Shown in pieces: positions 10,286 to 19,283 of a stretch of 64,000 nucleotides of DNA. Origin of the DNA: a virus. Lineage: Duplodnaviria; Caudoviricetes. Numbering within the stretch: the stretch's first letter is position 1; every line of letters starts with the position of its first letter. The position numbers and the translations under genes are program-made. The stretch is from positions 26,847 to 90,846 of the IMG/VR virus record IMGVR_UViG_3300020036_001753. One strand, written 5' to 3'. The notes under the pieces were generated by a model that worked only from the letters and a program-made list of their open reading frames with translations, did not search any database and was not told where the DNA came from.

Positions 10286-10811
10286 CTGCTAAATCTACTT
10301 TAGTGTAACCATAAGGCTTTAATACTTTGCCTGATACTCCATGTTTGAACATTGCTTTGTCTTCTACATGATGAATCGTTATAAAAGGTACATTAGGATA
10401 TTGTTCTACAGTTTTATTATAAAACTCCGCATCTTCCAATTTAGACTTATCGAAAGCTTTTGTCATATTATTTTTGTGAACAATACGCCATCCTTTTACA
10501 TAAGTTTCTTCAAATCCAAAAGCTAGCACACTTCCTTTTACAAAATATTCAAGATCAATTAAAGCATCCAGGATTTCAACTATGTCATACGTGGCAGGTT
10601 TATCCTTATACTTAGGCTTTTCAATAGTAATAATTCGATCAACAAGATCATCAATGTTACCTCCTGCGGCTTGATTCAATTCACATAATTCTTCTAAGAT
10701 TGTATTAATCCTAAGATTAATAGTTTCTTTATCAAGAATTGATGGAAATTTCGGAACTTCTTGTCCGAATGTAGTCATAAACTCCTTTACATCTTGCAGT
10801 TCATTCACCAT
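10260..10811 (-). CDS. MazG-like / PRA-PH nucleoside-triphosphate pyrophosphohydrolase
   Basis: EELCEL...EILDALIDLEYFVKG...VHKNNMTK...GKVLKP pattern. Confidence 0.8.
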   Translation of the reverse strand: MVNELQDVKEFMTTFGQEVPKFPSILDKETINLRINTILEELCELNQAAGGNIDDLVDRIITIEKPKYKDKPATYDIVEILDALIDLEYFVKGSVLAFGFEETYVKGWRIVHKNNMTKAFDKSKLEDAEFYNKTVEQYPNVPFITIHHVEDKAMFKHGVSGKVLKPYGYTKVDLADAFSFDSV

Positions 10812-10812
10812 T

Positions 10813-11811
10813 TTAATTCGATTTTAAGTTAAGTAAATAATCAATTGCAGTTTTAAATATAGTATGGTTAGCTCCGAGCATCATTGCCTTAAACTTACCA
10901 GCAAAGCTACGAGTAGGCTTTCTAAGATAAACTCCGGTAATAGCATTGAATACTTTATATGCTGTATAATCGGGAATGTCTCTTTGTCCAGGTCCAGAAT
11001 GGTAATAAAGCTTTAATTCTCTAAGTAAATCCTTCTTGTTGTTTGAAAGCTTTTTCATAACAGCTTCCGGATTTAAAGTAAATGCAGCATAATCTTTCTC
11101 TAAAACTATTCTAAGAAACAGTTCTTCAATTTGAGGAACAGTAACTTGAATCTTTGTCAGTTTGTCAATAGTATCGGCTTCGGATGCAATCAAGCTAAGT
11201 AATCTCTTAAAATAAACTTGATAGGAATCCAATTTATGTACACTATTTTTAGTATGACGTATTTTGATAATAGCATTGCTAAACAGTGTAGGTATTTGAT
11301 TGGAGCAGCTAAGCCTAATTGGAAGCAAAATAATACTACTACTTACAATCTTTTTGTGACTTGAAATAATACACACATTGTACTTAATAGTATCAGTTTC
11401 TCCAGTAAGTGATATTCCAGCAGATTCTTCACGCAGTTGCAGTATAACAAAGTTTAAAGCTCCGTCATCAATAGAACCTCCATTAACTACGATAGCTCCT
11501 TGTTCTATTAAGTAAGTAGCAAACTCAAATACTTCATGATTTTGGTGTATGCCATAATCTTCGCTAACAACTTCTAAAGGTTCACCATAAAAAGGCGCGC
11601 CACATTCTATCGAAAGTTTTTGTATAAAATAAAAACTATCTGAAGCTGAATCTGCGTTTCTATCAGCATAAGTACGATACCAAGCTTTGTTCATTACAAC
11701 TTCAAAATCTAATCCAAAAGTTTTTAATATATCTTCCAGATTAGTAAGATGCTCATGTTCAGGATTGTAAACAAATAGTTTACGAATTTCATTATCAGAA
11801 ATATGATACAT
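10813..11811 (-). CDS. DUF932/DUF945 (TIGR03299-like) phage protein
   Basis: FGLDFEV, YGIHQNHEVFEF, IRLSCSNQI, IKIRHTKNS and TAYKVFNAIT motifs. Confidence 0.75.
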   Translation of the reverse strand: MYHISDNEIRKLFVYNPEHEHLTNLEDILKTFGLDFEVVMNKAWYRTYADRNADSASDSFYFIQKLSIECGAPFYGEPLEVVSEDYGIHQNHEVFEFATYLIEQGAIVVNGGSIDDGALNFVILQLREESAGISLTGETDTIKYNVCIISSHKKIVSSSIILLPIRLSCSNQIPTLFSNAIIKIRHTKNSVHKLDSYQVYFKRLLSLIASEADTIDKLTKIQVTVPQIEELFLRIVLEKDYAAFTLNPEAVMKKLSNNKKDLLRELKLYYHSGPGQRDIPDYTAYKVFNAITGVYLRKPTRSFAGKFKAMMLGANHTIFKTAIDYLLNLKSN

Positions 11812-11813
11812 TG

Positions 11814-12488
11814 TTATAGATTTAATGCATTAATAATAAAAGGAATTTTAACAGCCATAGTATATTCTACAGGGAACTCTATCATAGTTGTTTGCATTTT
11901 TAAGTGATTATCAACTACTTCATAAATAGTAGCATAAATATTTCCAAACTCTTGCCTAAGAATAATAACTCTATCTTCAGGACAATAATGTAAAATTATA
12001 GCTTTTAATTGTTCAGTATAATCAACTCTAAAATAACGGTCTTCTTCAGTAGCATCTTCTTTTTCAATCAGATGATTCTCTGTTTTAATATGAATGATAG
12101 CGTCGTGTTCAAAAGTATCTTCTATACATCCATACAAATGTTTTCCAAAATCTATTAGGAATAACAGACTAGAAAAAACATCTTCCATACTAATTCCAGG
12201 ATTCAAGCTGGATTTAATTATCTTGTAAGCTCTATCTACAACTCCAAAAGTAGTACGATATCTATACTTCGTATGTGCTTTAAAGTGTGTAGAATTTTTG
12301 CTATACTGAGTTAAATTCAGCTTATACTCTCCTGTTAAATTAGGATCAGCCTTCTTTAGTATTGGCGATGTAAAAAAGTTAATCAAAACTGCAACGCTAT
12401 CGTTAATAGAATCTTCAAGTATTATCTTTGTCATAGGTAAAAAATAAACCGGCACTACACTCATGGTAGTACCGGCGGAAATTAACAA
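11814..12488 (-). CDS. Hypothetical protein
   Basis: 224-aa ORF packed in the operon; true start uncertain. Confidence 0.6.
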   Translation of the reverse strand: MLISAGTTMSVVPVYFLPMTKIILEDSINDSVAVLINFFTSPILKKADPNLTGEYKLNLTQYSKNSTHFKAHTKYRYRTTFGVVDRAYKIIKSSLNPGISMEDVFSSLLFLIDFGKHLYGCIEDTFEHDAIIHIKTENHLIEKEDATEEDRYFRVDYTEQLKAIILHYCPEDRVIILRQEFGNIYATIYEVVDNHLKMQTTMIEFPVEYTMAVKIPFIINALNL

Positions 12489-12500
12489 AACAAAACGAAG

Positions 12501-12977
12501 TTAAATAAATACTATAAAAACATCAGCTTCAGCTTCTTTAGCTTTTTTGACTACAGCAAGATTAGAATTAACAGAATAAAAATTACCTTTAATAAGATAA
12601 AAATCGCCAAAATATTTGTATTCTTTTCTTTTTGCAGCTTTTATACTAAGTTCTTCAAAAGCCTTAGTAGCTAAATTTAGTTCTTTCTGTAAAGCAGCTT
12701 GTTGGTCAAGCAGCTCTTGATTATCATTAATAATGTTTTGATTATAAATTTTAAGATTTGTTAATGTAGAAACAACGTCACTGTATTTACGTTTCAAATT
12801 AGCATAATCTTCCTTAAGTTTACCGAACTTCCCATACTCTTGGTCTAATACTGTGCGATACATAGCTACTTTATCTTTAAGAGTAGTATCTCTATTAATA
12901 AGCATAAGCTTAATGAAAATTCCTACCGAAATTAATAGCATGATTGCTATACAAATCCATAATACTGTTGTTGTCAT
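12501..12977 (-). CDS. Membrane-anchored coiled-coil protein
   Basis: N-terminal TM helix followed by a heptad-like region. Confidence 0.65.
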   Translation of the reverse strand: MTTTVLWICIAIMLLISVGIFIKLMLINRDTTLKDKVAMYRTVLDQEYGKFGKLKEDYANLKRKYSDVVSTLTNLKIYNQNIINDNQELLDQQAALQKELNLATKAFEELSIKAAKRKEYKYFGDFYLIKGNFYSVNSNLAVVKKAKEAEADVFIVFI

Positions 12978-12989
12978 CGTTTAAAAATT

Positions 12990-13601
12990 TTAATAAGTGC
13001 GTAAAGAAAATGTTGTGTTTCGTACAATACCTTCTGGAAGATCCTTATCTTTATAAAGATCTTTCAGTAAACTTTTTGAAGGTTCGCTTTCTACTTTAAT
13101 CTTAAAAGCTTTCTTTTCCTCCAATTTCTGCAAAGCTGCTATAAATTCTGTAACCTCTTTCTTATCCTGTGTCCAGTTAAAAGATAGCGTTACTTTAGGT
13201 AACGTTGCCTCTGGAACAGGTCTCGTAGCTGAATAAGACTCGTATCTAACTGCTGTAACTGTTGTCATAGGTAACTTTAAAGAAGCTCCTCCTGCTTTTG
13301 TAGCAGTTCCGTAAGTTCTCGTTACTTCAATTATACGATCTTCCAGGTAATCAATGAGTTTCTCTTTGCTAACTTTTTTAGCTTGTAAAGTTTTAATGCG
13401 TGCGTCGATAGCTTCTTGCTCTGCTTTCAAGTTCCCTTTAAAGTATAAGTAATGCTCTATCTTCGTTGCCATTTCGTCTTTATTAATATTAAGACGTTCT
13501 AGAAACTCTTCCGGTATATCACTTGAACCAGTATCAGTAAGATATTCTTCTAGTTCAAGCAATGTTTTTTCGTATTCGTATTCAATCTGTTTTAGATTCA
13601 T
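12990..13601 (-). CDS. Siphovirus Gp157-like protein
   Basis: LNINKDEMATKIEHY...NLKAEQEAIDARIKTLQAKKVSKEKLIDYL pattern. Probable start is MNLKQ at 13601. Confidence 0.75.
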   Translation of the reverse strand: MNLKQIEYEYEKTLLELEEYLTDTGSSDIPEEFLERLNINKDEMATKIEHYLYFKGNLKAEQEAIDARIKTLQAKKVSKEKLIDYLEDRIIEVTRTYGTATKAGGASLKLPMTTVTAVRYESYSATRPVPEATLPKVTLSFNWTQDKKEVTEFIAALQKLEEKKAFKIKVESEPSKSLLKDLYKDKDLPEGIVRNTTFSLRTY

Positions 13602-13782
13602 TAGCTTGATTATTTGTTTGATTAGAAGAATCTTCAACAACATCTACAAGTCCACTACCTTTACAAGTAGGACAATTAGTCATTGTTTGTTCAAATTCAT
13701 TTTCATTAACTTTTTTTTCTTCACCAAAAACTACACCAGTACCACTACAAAATAAACAAGTAACAGTTATTGTATTTCTCAT
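13582..13782 (-). CDS. Small DnaJ-type zinc-finger protein
   Basis: CLFCSGTG and CPTCKGSG (two CxxCxGxG motifs). Confidence 0.7.
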   Translation of the reverse strand: MRNTITVTCLFCSGTGVVFGEEKKVNENEFEQTMTNCPTCKGSGLVDVVEDSSNQTNNQANESKTD

Positions 13783-13807
13783 TATTTAAAGTTTTATTAA
13801 TAATAAT

Positions 13808-13838
13808 AAAAAGTAGCAGGAACCTAAGCCCCTGCTAC
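13808..13838 (-). terminator. Intrinsic terminator
   Basis: gtagcagg...cctgctac 8-bp stem plus T-run on the minus strand, after the acidic ORF. Confidence 0.7.
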
Positions 13839-13850
13839 AGCGTTAAAAAT

Positions 13851-14030
13851 TTAGTCTTCGTACTCTACTTCGTCGTCATCATCGTATTCCTCATCGTCGT
13901 CATCATAATCTCCATCTTCGTCATCAAATACAACTTCGTCAGGATCAACTTCTGCCAATACAACTTCGGCATCAATAATTTCCTCATCGAGTTCTACTGC
14001 AAATTGATTAGAATTCAAATCATTAGTCAT
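13851..14030 (-). CDS. 59-aa hyper-acidic protein (missing from the ORF track)
   Basis: Manual translation MTNDLNSNQFAVELDEEIIDAEVVLAEVDPDEVVFDDEDGDYDDDDEEYDDDDEVEYED; 30 D/E and no K/R/H; AT-rich leader and its own terminator. Confidence 0.85.
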   Translation of the reverse strand: MTNDLNSNQFAVELDEEIIDAEVVLAEVDPDEVVFDDEDGDYDDDDEEYDDDDEVEYED

Positions 14031-14062
14031 TGTAATAATAGTTTAAAAATTAATTAATAAAA

Positions 14063-14320
14063 TTATCCTCTTTTAAGTAGTTCCAATCGTAAACGTTCCT
14101 CTTGAATTTTAATTTGCATATTTAGTAAAAATTCATCATAGCGAATCATTAAACTAACAATATCGAAATCTAAAGGAACTATCATACCGTTTTGGCAATT
14201 TTCAGCCAATGTGTCTAAAGCATTCTGCAAGCTATTGAATATTATAACTTTTCCACTTCCATCATCTTCAGTAACAATAGAAAGTTCTCCATTAAAATTG
14301 TCAATCTGTATAAATTGCAT
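14063..14320 (-). CDS. Hypothetical protein, paralog A
   Basis: MQFIQIDNFNGELSIVTEDDGSG...ENCQNGMIVPL, shared with 14612-14887. Confidence 0.75.
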   Translation of the reverse strand: MQFIQIDNFNGELSIVTEDDGSGKVIIFNSLQNALDTLAENCQNGMIVPLDFDIVSLMIRYDEFLLNMQIKIQEERLRLELLKRG

Positions 14321-14332
14321 TTCTTTTTAAGT

Positions 14333-14605
14333 TTATTTACGTTTATAAATGTGATAAAATATATCATCTTTTGGTAATAGAATGTAGTTACCATCCTGAG
14401 CAAGCCACCAAACGTCAACGATTTCCTTAACACGCTTAGGAAAAGTTACATCTAACAAAACATCTACCTTAATAATTAAGAAAACGTTTCTTTTTGATAT
14501 TCTTCTCCATCTTCGGTTATAGGTAATCTTTTCCTTTTTACGGACATGTGGCTTATTAGCACTCATAGTAATATAATACCCTGCTTTTTTATTAGAGCGA
14601 CTCAT
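14333..14605 (-). CDS. Small basic hypothetical protein
   Basis: 90 aa, K/R-rich, between the two paralogs. Confidence 0.65.
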   Translation of the reverse strand: MSRSNKKAGYYITMSANKPHVRKKEKITYNRRWRRISKRNVFLIIKVDVLLDVTFPKRVKEIVDVWWLAQDGNYILLPKDDIFYHIYKRK

Positions 14606-14611
14606 ATTTAA

Positions 14612-14887
14612 TTATATAAAAATAACATCATCATCTAAATTTAAAACATTAGCTATCAAATCACCTATATGAGCTAAAGTTCCACTGGTTTCATAAGCAT
14701 CATACATCTCTCCTATTAAATATGTACAATCTACTCCTAAAGGAACCACTATACCATTTTGGCAATTTTCCTCTAAAGTATCTTGTGCCTCCTGTAAATT
14801 GTCAAAGATAAGAGGTTCACCACTTCCATCATCTTTTGTAATGATAAAAATATTACCATTAAAATTATCAATTTGAATGTACTCCAT
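14612..14887 (-). CDS. Hypothetical protein, paralog B
   Basis: MEYIQIDNFNGNIFIITKDDGSG...ENCQNGIVVPL; start reassigned to 14887 by alignment with paralog A. Confidence 0.75.
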   Translation of the reverse strand: MEYIQIDNFNGNIFIITKDDGSGEPLIFDNLQEAQDTLEENCQNGIVVPLGVDCTYLIGEMYDAYETSGTLAHIGDLIANVLNLDDDVIFI

Positions 14888-14985
14888 TTTCTTTTTAAGT
14901 TTTAGGTTTAATAATAATATCAATTAAATGACAAACACAATGCGCAGGTGGTAATCCGCACCCAGAGCATAATACTAATTCAGGT

Positions 14986-15189
14986 TCAATCGCTACTTTC
15001 ATCTTTTTGTTCTTTTTGTTTTTGTTTAATATGAAAAAGCATCATTGCACTAGAAGCTGCTAATACTTTTCTAAGTACAACTTCTTCATGTATTATAGAA
15101 TTTTCTTTTAATTTAAACGCTTCTGCAGCCTCTTCAACTACATCAACGTTTCCCCATGCGGAGAACAGCTTAACTAACTTTAGTGCCAT
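14986..15189 (-). CDS. Hypothetical protein
   Basis: 67-aa ORF coupled to the end of the UDG gene; start codon uncertain. Confidence 0.45.
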   Translation of the reverse strand: MALKLVKLFSAWGNVDVVEEAAEAFKLKENSIIHEEVVLRKVLAASSAMMLFHIKQKQKEQKDESSD

Positions 15190-15893
15190 TGTATAGGTTT
15201 TATTTTAAAACTTGTTAAATAATGATTAACACTATCAAATCCAATGAAATTCCAATCTATTTCTCTATAAACAGCTGAAATTGGATGTGTATATTCGATA
15301 ACAAAGTGTCTAGGATTTATAAAAGGTCTTAACGATCTAGCATCATTACCTAATAATATCCAAGCCAATTTATCTTTTTGATTCAATCTTTCAAGTACAA
15401 ACTGAACTAAAGCAGACCAACCAATTCTAGCATGAGAATTAGGTTGATTTTTTCTAACTGTTAAAGTTCTATTCATAAGTAAAACTCCTTGTTTTGCAAG
15501 GTATTCAAGACTAGCTTCGTATCTATTAATTCCAGTTACTTTATTAGTACTGAATAACGCTTTTCTTAGCACTTGTAACGAAGGATTAATTTCACAACCT
15601 TCCTTTACTCCAAAGGCTAGTCCTGTAGCAGAGCCATTATGATAAGGATCTTGTCCTATAATAACGACTTTACAATCATTATAATCACAAAGCTTAAATG
15701 CTTTAAAAATATCCTTATTATCAGGATATATAGTGAACGATCTTCTTTCTTTCTCAACCAGTGCCATAGTACCTTGAATAGCTCTAAACACTATTTCAGG
15801 AACTTCCCAGCCTGGCATAAAGTTCTTATTAAATTTCTCTATAGCAGCCGTATATTCTCTTAATAACGCTATCTGCTCTTGTACTGGCAACAT
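15180..15893 (-). CDS. ung: Uracil-DNA glycosylase, family 1
   Basis: VVIIGQDPYHNGSATGLAF, GVLLMNRTLTV and HPIS motifs. Confidence 0.93.
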   Translation of the reverse strand: MLPVQEQIALLREYTAAIEKFNKNFMPGWEVPEIVFRAIQGTMALVEKERRSFTIYPDNKDIFKAFKLCDYNDCKVVIIGQDPYHNGSATGLAFGVKEGCEINPSLQVLRKALFSTNKVTGINRYEASLEYLAKQGVLLMNRTLTVRKNQPNSHARIGWSALVQFVLERLNQKDKLAWILLGNDARSLRPFINPRHFVIEYTHPISAVYREIDWNFIGFDSVNHYLTSFKIKPIQWH

Positions 15894-15917
15894 GGTATTA
15901 TAAATTTTGAATAGATG

Positions 15918-15949
15918 AAAAGATACAAAAAATTGTGGTAATAATCAAA
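15918..15949 (-). promoter_or_regulatory. Candidate Bacteroidota housekeeping-type promoter
   Basis: Minus strand TTTG-N20-TATCTTTT resembles the -33 TTTG / -7 TAnnTTTG consensus with one mismatch. A perfect 14-bp palindrome ctatttgcaaatag lies at 15980-15993. Confidence 0.4.
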
Positions 15950-16006
15950 TACCTGATAAGGTAAAAAAGTTTTTTGAGGCTATTTGCAAATAGGTAAAAT
16001 CGAATT

Positions 16007-16354
16007 TTATGAAACTTTATTGACAGGATATGCAACTGAATAAGCCGTTTTAGGTTCATCTATTTTTAACATCATAAACAGCATTGAATACATTCCCAAA
16101 TCCATTGCGCTTTCAGCAATAGATTCATTATTAGGTATAGTACCTCTATTAAGTAAATTACCTAATCTGACAACCTCAGTTGCCATATGAACCATAGCTA
16201 TCATTCCCGGTGTAGTTCCGCAAATTTCTGCCACTAATTTAAAGTTAGATAATACATCATCATCTTGAGCATAATCCATACCTTTAGAAAGCATTATTTC
16301 GGAAAACTGATTTGAAAAGTCTTGAAAGACTTTAAGTTGTTCTTCTTTTGTCAT
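16007..16354 (-). CDS. DUF1599 / nucleotide-modification-associated domain 1-like helical protein
   Basis: KGMDYA..LSNFK..VRLGNL..NESIAESAMDLGMY resembles the K..DY / RL / ES..DL.NY pattern; probable start MTKEE. Confidence 0.6.
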   Translation of the reverse strand: MTKEEQLKVFQDFSNQFSEIMLSKGMDYAQDDDVLSNFKLVAEICGTTPGMIAMVHMATEVVRLGNLLNRGTIPNNESIAESAMDLGMYSMLFMMLKIDEPKTAYSVAYPVNKVS

Positions 16355-16377
16355 AACAATTTTAATTAAAAGATAAA

Positions 16378-16412
16378 TAAAAACGGGCATAAGAATAAAT
16401 CCTTATACCCGC
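16378..16412 (-). terminator. Intrinsic terminator
   Basis: Minus strand gcgggtataagg...ttatgcccg followed by TTTTT. Confidence 0.55.
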
Positions 16413-16439
16413 TACCATAAACAAAAACCTATCTATTAC

Positions 16440-17144
16440 TCACTTGTTTTCAAAAAATTCTATAACTCGGTTAGCCATCGAGTCTTTCTGCATCTTTAAG
16501 TACTTGTCAAAATATGTCCAAACATCGTGACCTGCATGAATAACTGAATGCAACTCTATATTAGGACTAGTAGAATAAGAAGATGCTCTAATCTCATAAA
16601 TTGAGTTAGCCTCTGTCTTATAAAGTTTGCCAGTACTAGATAAAGCCATAGCAGAATCTTCAACTCCAGCTAAATCCATCTTATGAGCAAATCCGCCTTT
16701 ATAGGGAGTAGAATTATCTTCTATTCCATTAAGCATCATAACTCTAGGAGGCTTAATCGAAGATCCTGCTATTTTGACTAAAGGTTTTACAAGCGTTCCA
16801 GCTACAGCAAAAACATTGAGATCGCCTAAGTTCTTCTTTGCAGCAATCGTAAGAGCAAATACTGCGCCGCTAGATACTCCAACAATGTTAACTTCAGCAA
16901 GAGTAGTAAGTTCTGCAATTTCTCGCTGAATTATCTCAATAACTTTAGTAACATCTCGATCATAATTCCAACCTCCAGTTGGAGTATCAAAGTAAATGCC
17001 AATAAACTTATCTTGTTGCTTGGCAAACATTTTTGTAAATTTAGTAGCTTTGCCAGTTATTCCTGGAAAGCCTACTATAACCTTCTTTACATTATAATGG
17101 GAAGGCACTACTACTTCATAATGATATTCTACCATTTTAATCAA
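16440..17144 (-). CDS. Alpha/beta-hydrolase (esterase-like)
   Basis: Nucleophile elbow IVGVSSGA (GxSxG), acid in MLNGIED, His in HAGHDVW. Confidence 0.75.
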   Translation of the reverse strand: MIKMVEYHYEVVVPSHYNVKKVIVGFPGITGKATKFTKMFAKQQDKFIGIYFDTPTGGWNYDRDVTKVIEIIQREIAELTTLAEVNIVGVSSGAVFALTIAAKKNLGDLNVFAVAGTLVKPLVKIAGSSIKPPRVMMLNGIEDNSTPYKGGFAHKMDLAGVEDSAMALSSTGKLYKTEANSIYEIRASSYSTSPNIELHSVIHAGHDVWTYFDKYLKMQKDSMANRVIEFFENK

Positions 17145-17340
17145 TAGGTTGTTCTACGTAAGTAGGTCGTGAATAAGGAACGCCATTAGCGTCGTGAGTA
17201 ACTTTTACTAACTTAACAGCTTTGGTAGGCTTACCAGTAGTGCTGCTAGCTTGATCGGCTTTTACAGAATCTTCTAAATCTTTTCCATTAATAATAGGAA
17301 AATTTCTGTTAAAATTACCAAAACGAATTTGATCTGCCAT
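17137..17340 (-). CDS. Hypothetical protein
   Basis: 67 aa with an AT-rich leader; overlaps the next start. Confidence 0.6.
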   Translation of the reverse strand: MADQIRFGNFNRNFPIINGKDLEDSVKADQASSTTGKPTKAVKLVKVTHDANGVPYSRPTYVEQPID

Positions 17341-17367
17341 GATGTTTAAAATTTAATAATTAAATAA

Positions 17368-18447
17368 TTATTCATAATCTCTAATCGCTATACCAACAGC
17401 ATGAGAAGGAACACCTTTATTGGTTCTATCGCGGTATTCTACCGTGAGTCTCTTACCAATTAGTTTATACCTGTCTCTGTAAAGTTCTCTTCGATAACCT
17501 TCTGTACCTTTAATTACACATTCAAAAGTCTCTGTATTCAGATCATTTTTCAGTGTAAATAACGGTATTCCTGGATTATCTCTAGTATCGTTAATATCTA
17601 CTATTACAAATTCACCGTCAAAAAGTTTCTTAAGTTTAAGAAGATCCTTTGTACGTTTCATTTGATAAGTAGCATGAACATTGCGTATCATAATTCCTTC
17701 AAATCCTGTTTCAATTCTTTTCTCAAAATACATTTGAATACTATCTCTAGAATAGAGTAAAATACTAGGTACTCTAGCTAAAGAAGATTCATGAAAAAAG
17801 CTACTAGTCATTTTTAAAGTTTTAGCTCTTTCTAGCTGGTTAATATTATCTTTATGATAATCATAAACAAAATATTGTAGCTGAGTACTAAAGATACTTG
17901 GTGTTTTGATATAAGAAATAATATCTTGTAAAGGTGTACCGTGAATATAAAGTTCTCCATCAAGAAAGTTACAATCCAGTTCATCAATTAATCTGCCAGC
18001 AGCATCAGCAATCAAAGGCAAATTAATAGCGTTACCTAATCTTGATTCTAATATAGTAACGCCATTATCTTTGTAAGCAATACATCGCATACCATTGAGT
18101 TTAGGTTGTCCAATAACAGGATATACGATTTTATTTTCATAATCGAAGAATTGCTTAGCTAGCATAGGAGTTCTAAGCATTTTAGCAGCGTTTCTAGCAG
18201 ATTCTACAGAGACTCTATAGCCTTCATTTTCTTTCTTTTCTGCCATAGCTTTAGCTTCTAATATTGCTTGTGCTCCTGCACTAGTTTCATTAGCTTTACC
18301 AATGTTTTTACCTTTAACTACTTTAGTATGAGTAACTTCTTGTCCTCCTAATTTAGAAGACGTTGTTGTTATCTTACCATCTTGTGTTTCAACTTTCCAG
18401 CGTCTAATATCACCGGAACTATCTTGCTTATAAAGTGTAAGAATCAT
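17368..18447 (-). CDS. ATP-dependent DNA ligase
   Basis: Motif I QPKLNGMRC, FLDGELY, GFEGIMIR, LLKLK, and an OB-fold end GKRLTVEY. Confidence 0.92.
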   Translation of the reverse strand: MILTLYKQDSSGDIRRWKVETQDGKITTTSSKLGGQEVTHTKVVKGKNIGKANETSAGAQAILEAKAMAEKKENEGYRVSVESARNAAKMLRTPMLAKQFFDYENKIVYPVIGQPKLNGMRCIAYKDNGVTILESRLGNAINLPLIADAAGRLIDELDCNFLDGELYIHGTPLQDIISYIKTPSIFSTQLQYFVYDYHKDNINQLERAKTLKMTSSFFHESSLARVPSILLYSRDSIQMYFEKRIETGFEGIMIRNVHATYQMKRTKDLLKLKKLFDGEFVIVDINDTRDNPGIPLFTLKNDLNTETFECVIKGTEGYRRELYRDRYKLIGKRLTVEYRDRTNKGVPSHAVGIAIRDYE

Positions 18448-19283
18448 CTGTTGTGAAATTTTTTATAAAATGAATTGTTAATGACAACATCTCTGTCATC
18501 GTGAAAAATATCAAATACAAGCTTTCTTTCTTCTACTGTTTCGGTAGGTACATATAATCCTCCTTGCGGATCATGTGTTACGTAAAAAATATTATCGTCA
18601 GGAAGTTTAGGTTCGAAATACTTAATCTTAGTTTTAGTCTTTCTATCTAAAGTTCCAGTAGTACCTGAGCAAAGTAAATCCAAAAAGCATTTGCCATAAA
18701 GATAGCTATGATTTCCTAAATCCCACTTAGTTTTAGTAGAATCTGTAGCTTTACTATTATCGCTAGCTTTTCTAGGACAATTGAAAACTGTAAGTCTAAT
18801 TAAAACTGGATAATCAGTTAGAATAGGAATATCTTTCAGATATGGAACAAAACTTTCTTTTATAGCTGTAACTATCTTACTTCGATTAACCGGATGTAGT
18901 ACGCCTGAATAAATGTCTTGAGCATTGATACGTTGAACTTTTTGCTTACCTTGTTTAGTTTCATTAAGAATAATTACTTGATTATCAGATGTAGCTAAAA
19001 TAAGTTCACATCGTGTTAATATCGTATCTATTTTAGCTAAATACTTTTCTTCAGGTACAAAAGCTAAAACAACCTTATTCTTAACTCTTCCGTAGATAAT
19101 ACAATTAAGCTCTGCTAAATCGTGAATATCTTTAGTAGCGCCCAAAGATTTCCTAATCATTACAGGGAGCTTAGAAACGTCTATCTTCCTCCCTGTAATA
19201 TGTAAGAACTTTGGGCGTACTTTATTACTTAGTACTACTTGCTCTATGTAATTTGGTATAATAATCCTCTGTAAATGCTTCAT
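18444..19283 (-). CDS. Hypothetical protein with possible RusA-like resolvase domain
   Basis: C-terminal WDLGN..YGKCFLDLL...LPDDN echoes the RusA DxDN..K..D..DD pattern. Confidence 0.45.
   Translation of the reverse strand: MKHLQRIIIPNYIEQVVLSNKVRPKFLHITGRKIDVSKLPVMIRKSLGATKDIHDLAELNCIIYGRVKNKVVLAFVPEEKYLAKIDTILTRCELILATSDNQVIILNETKQGKQKVQRINAQDIYSGVLHPVNRSKIVTAIKESFVPYLKDIPILTDYPVLIRLTVFNCPRKASDNSKATDSTKTKWDLGNHSYLYGKCFLDLLCSGTTGTLDRKTKTKIKYFEPKLPDDNIFYVTHDPQGGLYVPTETVEERKLVFDIFHDDRDVVINNSFYKKFHNR

Noticed and set aside
13770-14057. 95-aa plus-strand hydrophobic ORF
   Set aside because: It is the antisense of the Asp/Glu codon run in the real minus-strand acidic gene.
17368-18447. KxNG instead of KxDG in ligase motif I as a sign of inactivity
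   Set aside because: All other motifs are intact, and the Asn variant occurs in other nucleotidyltransferases.
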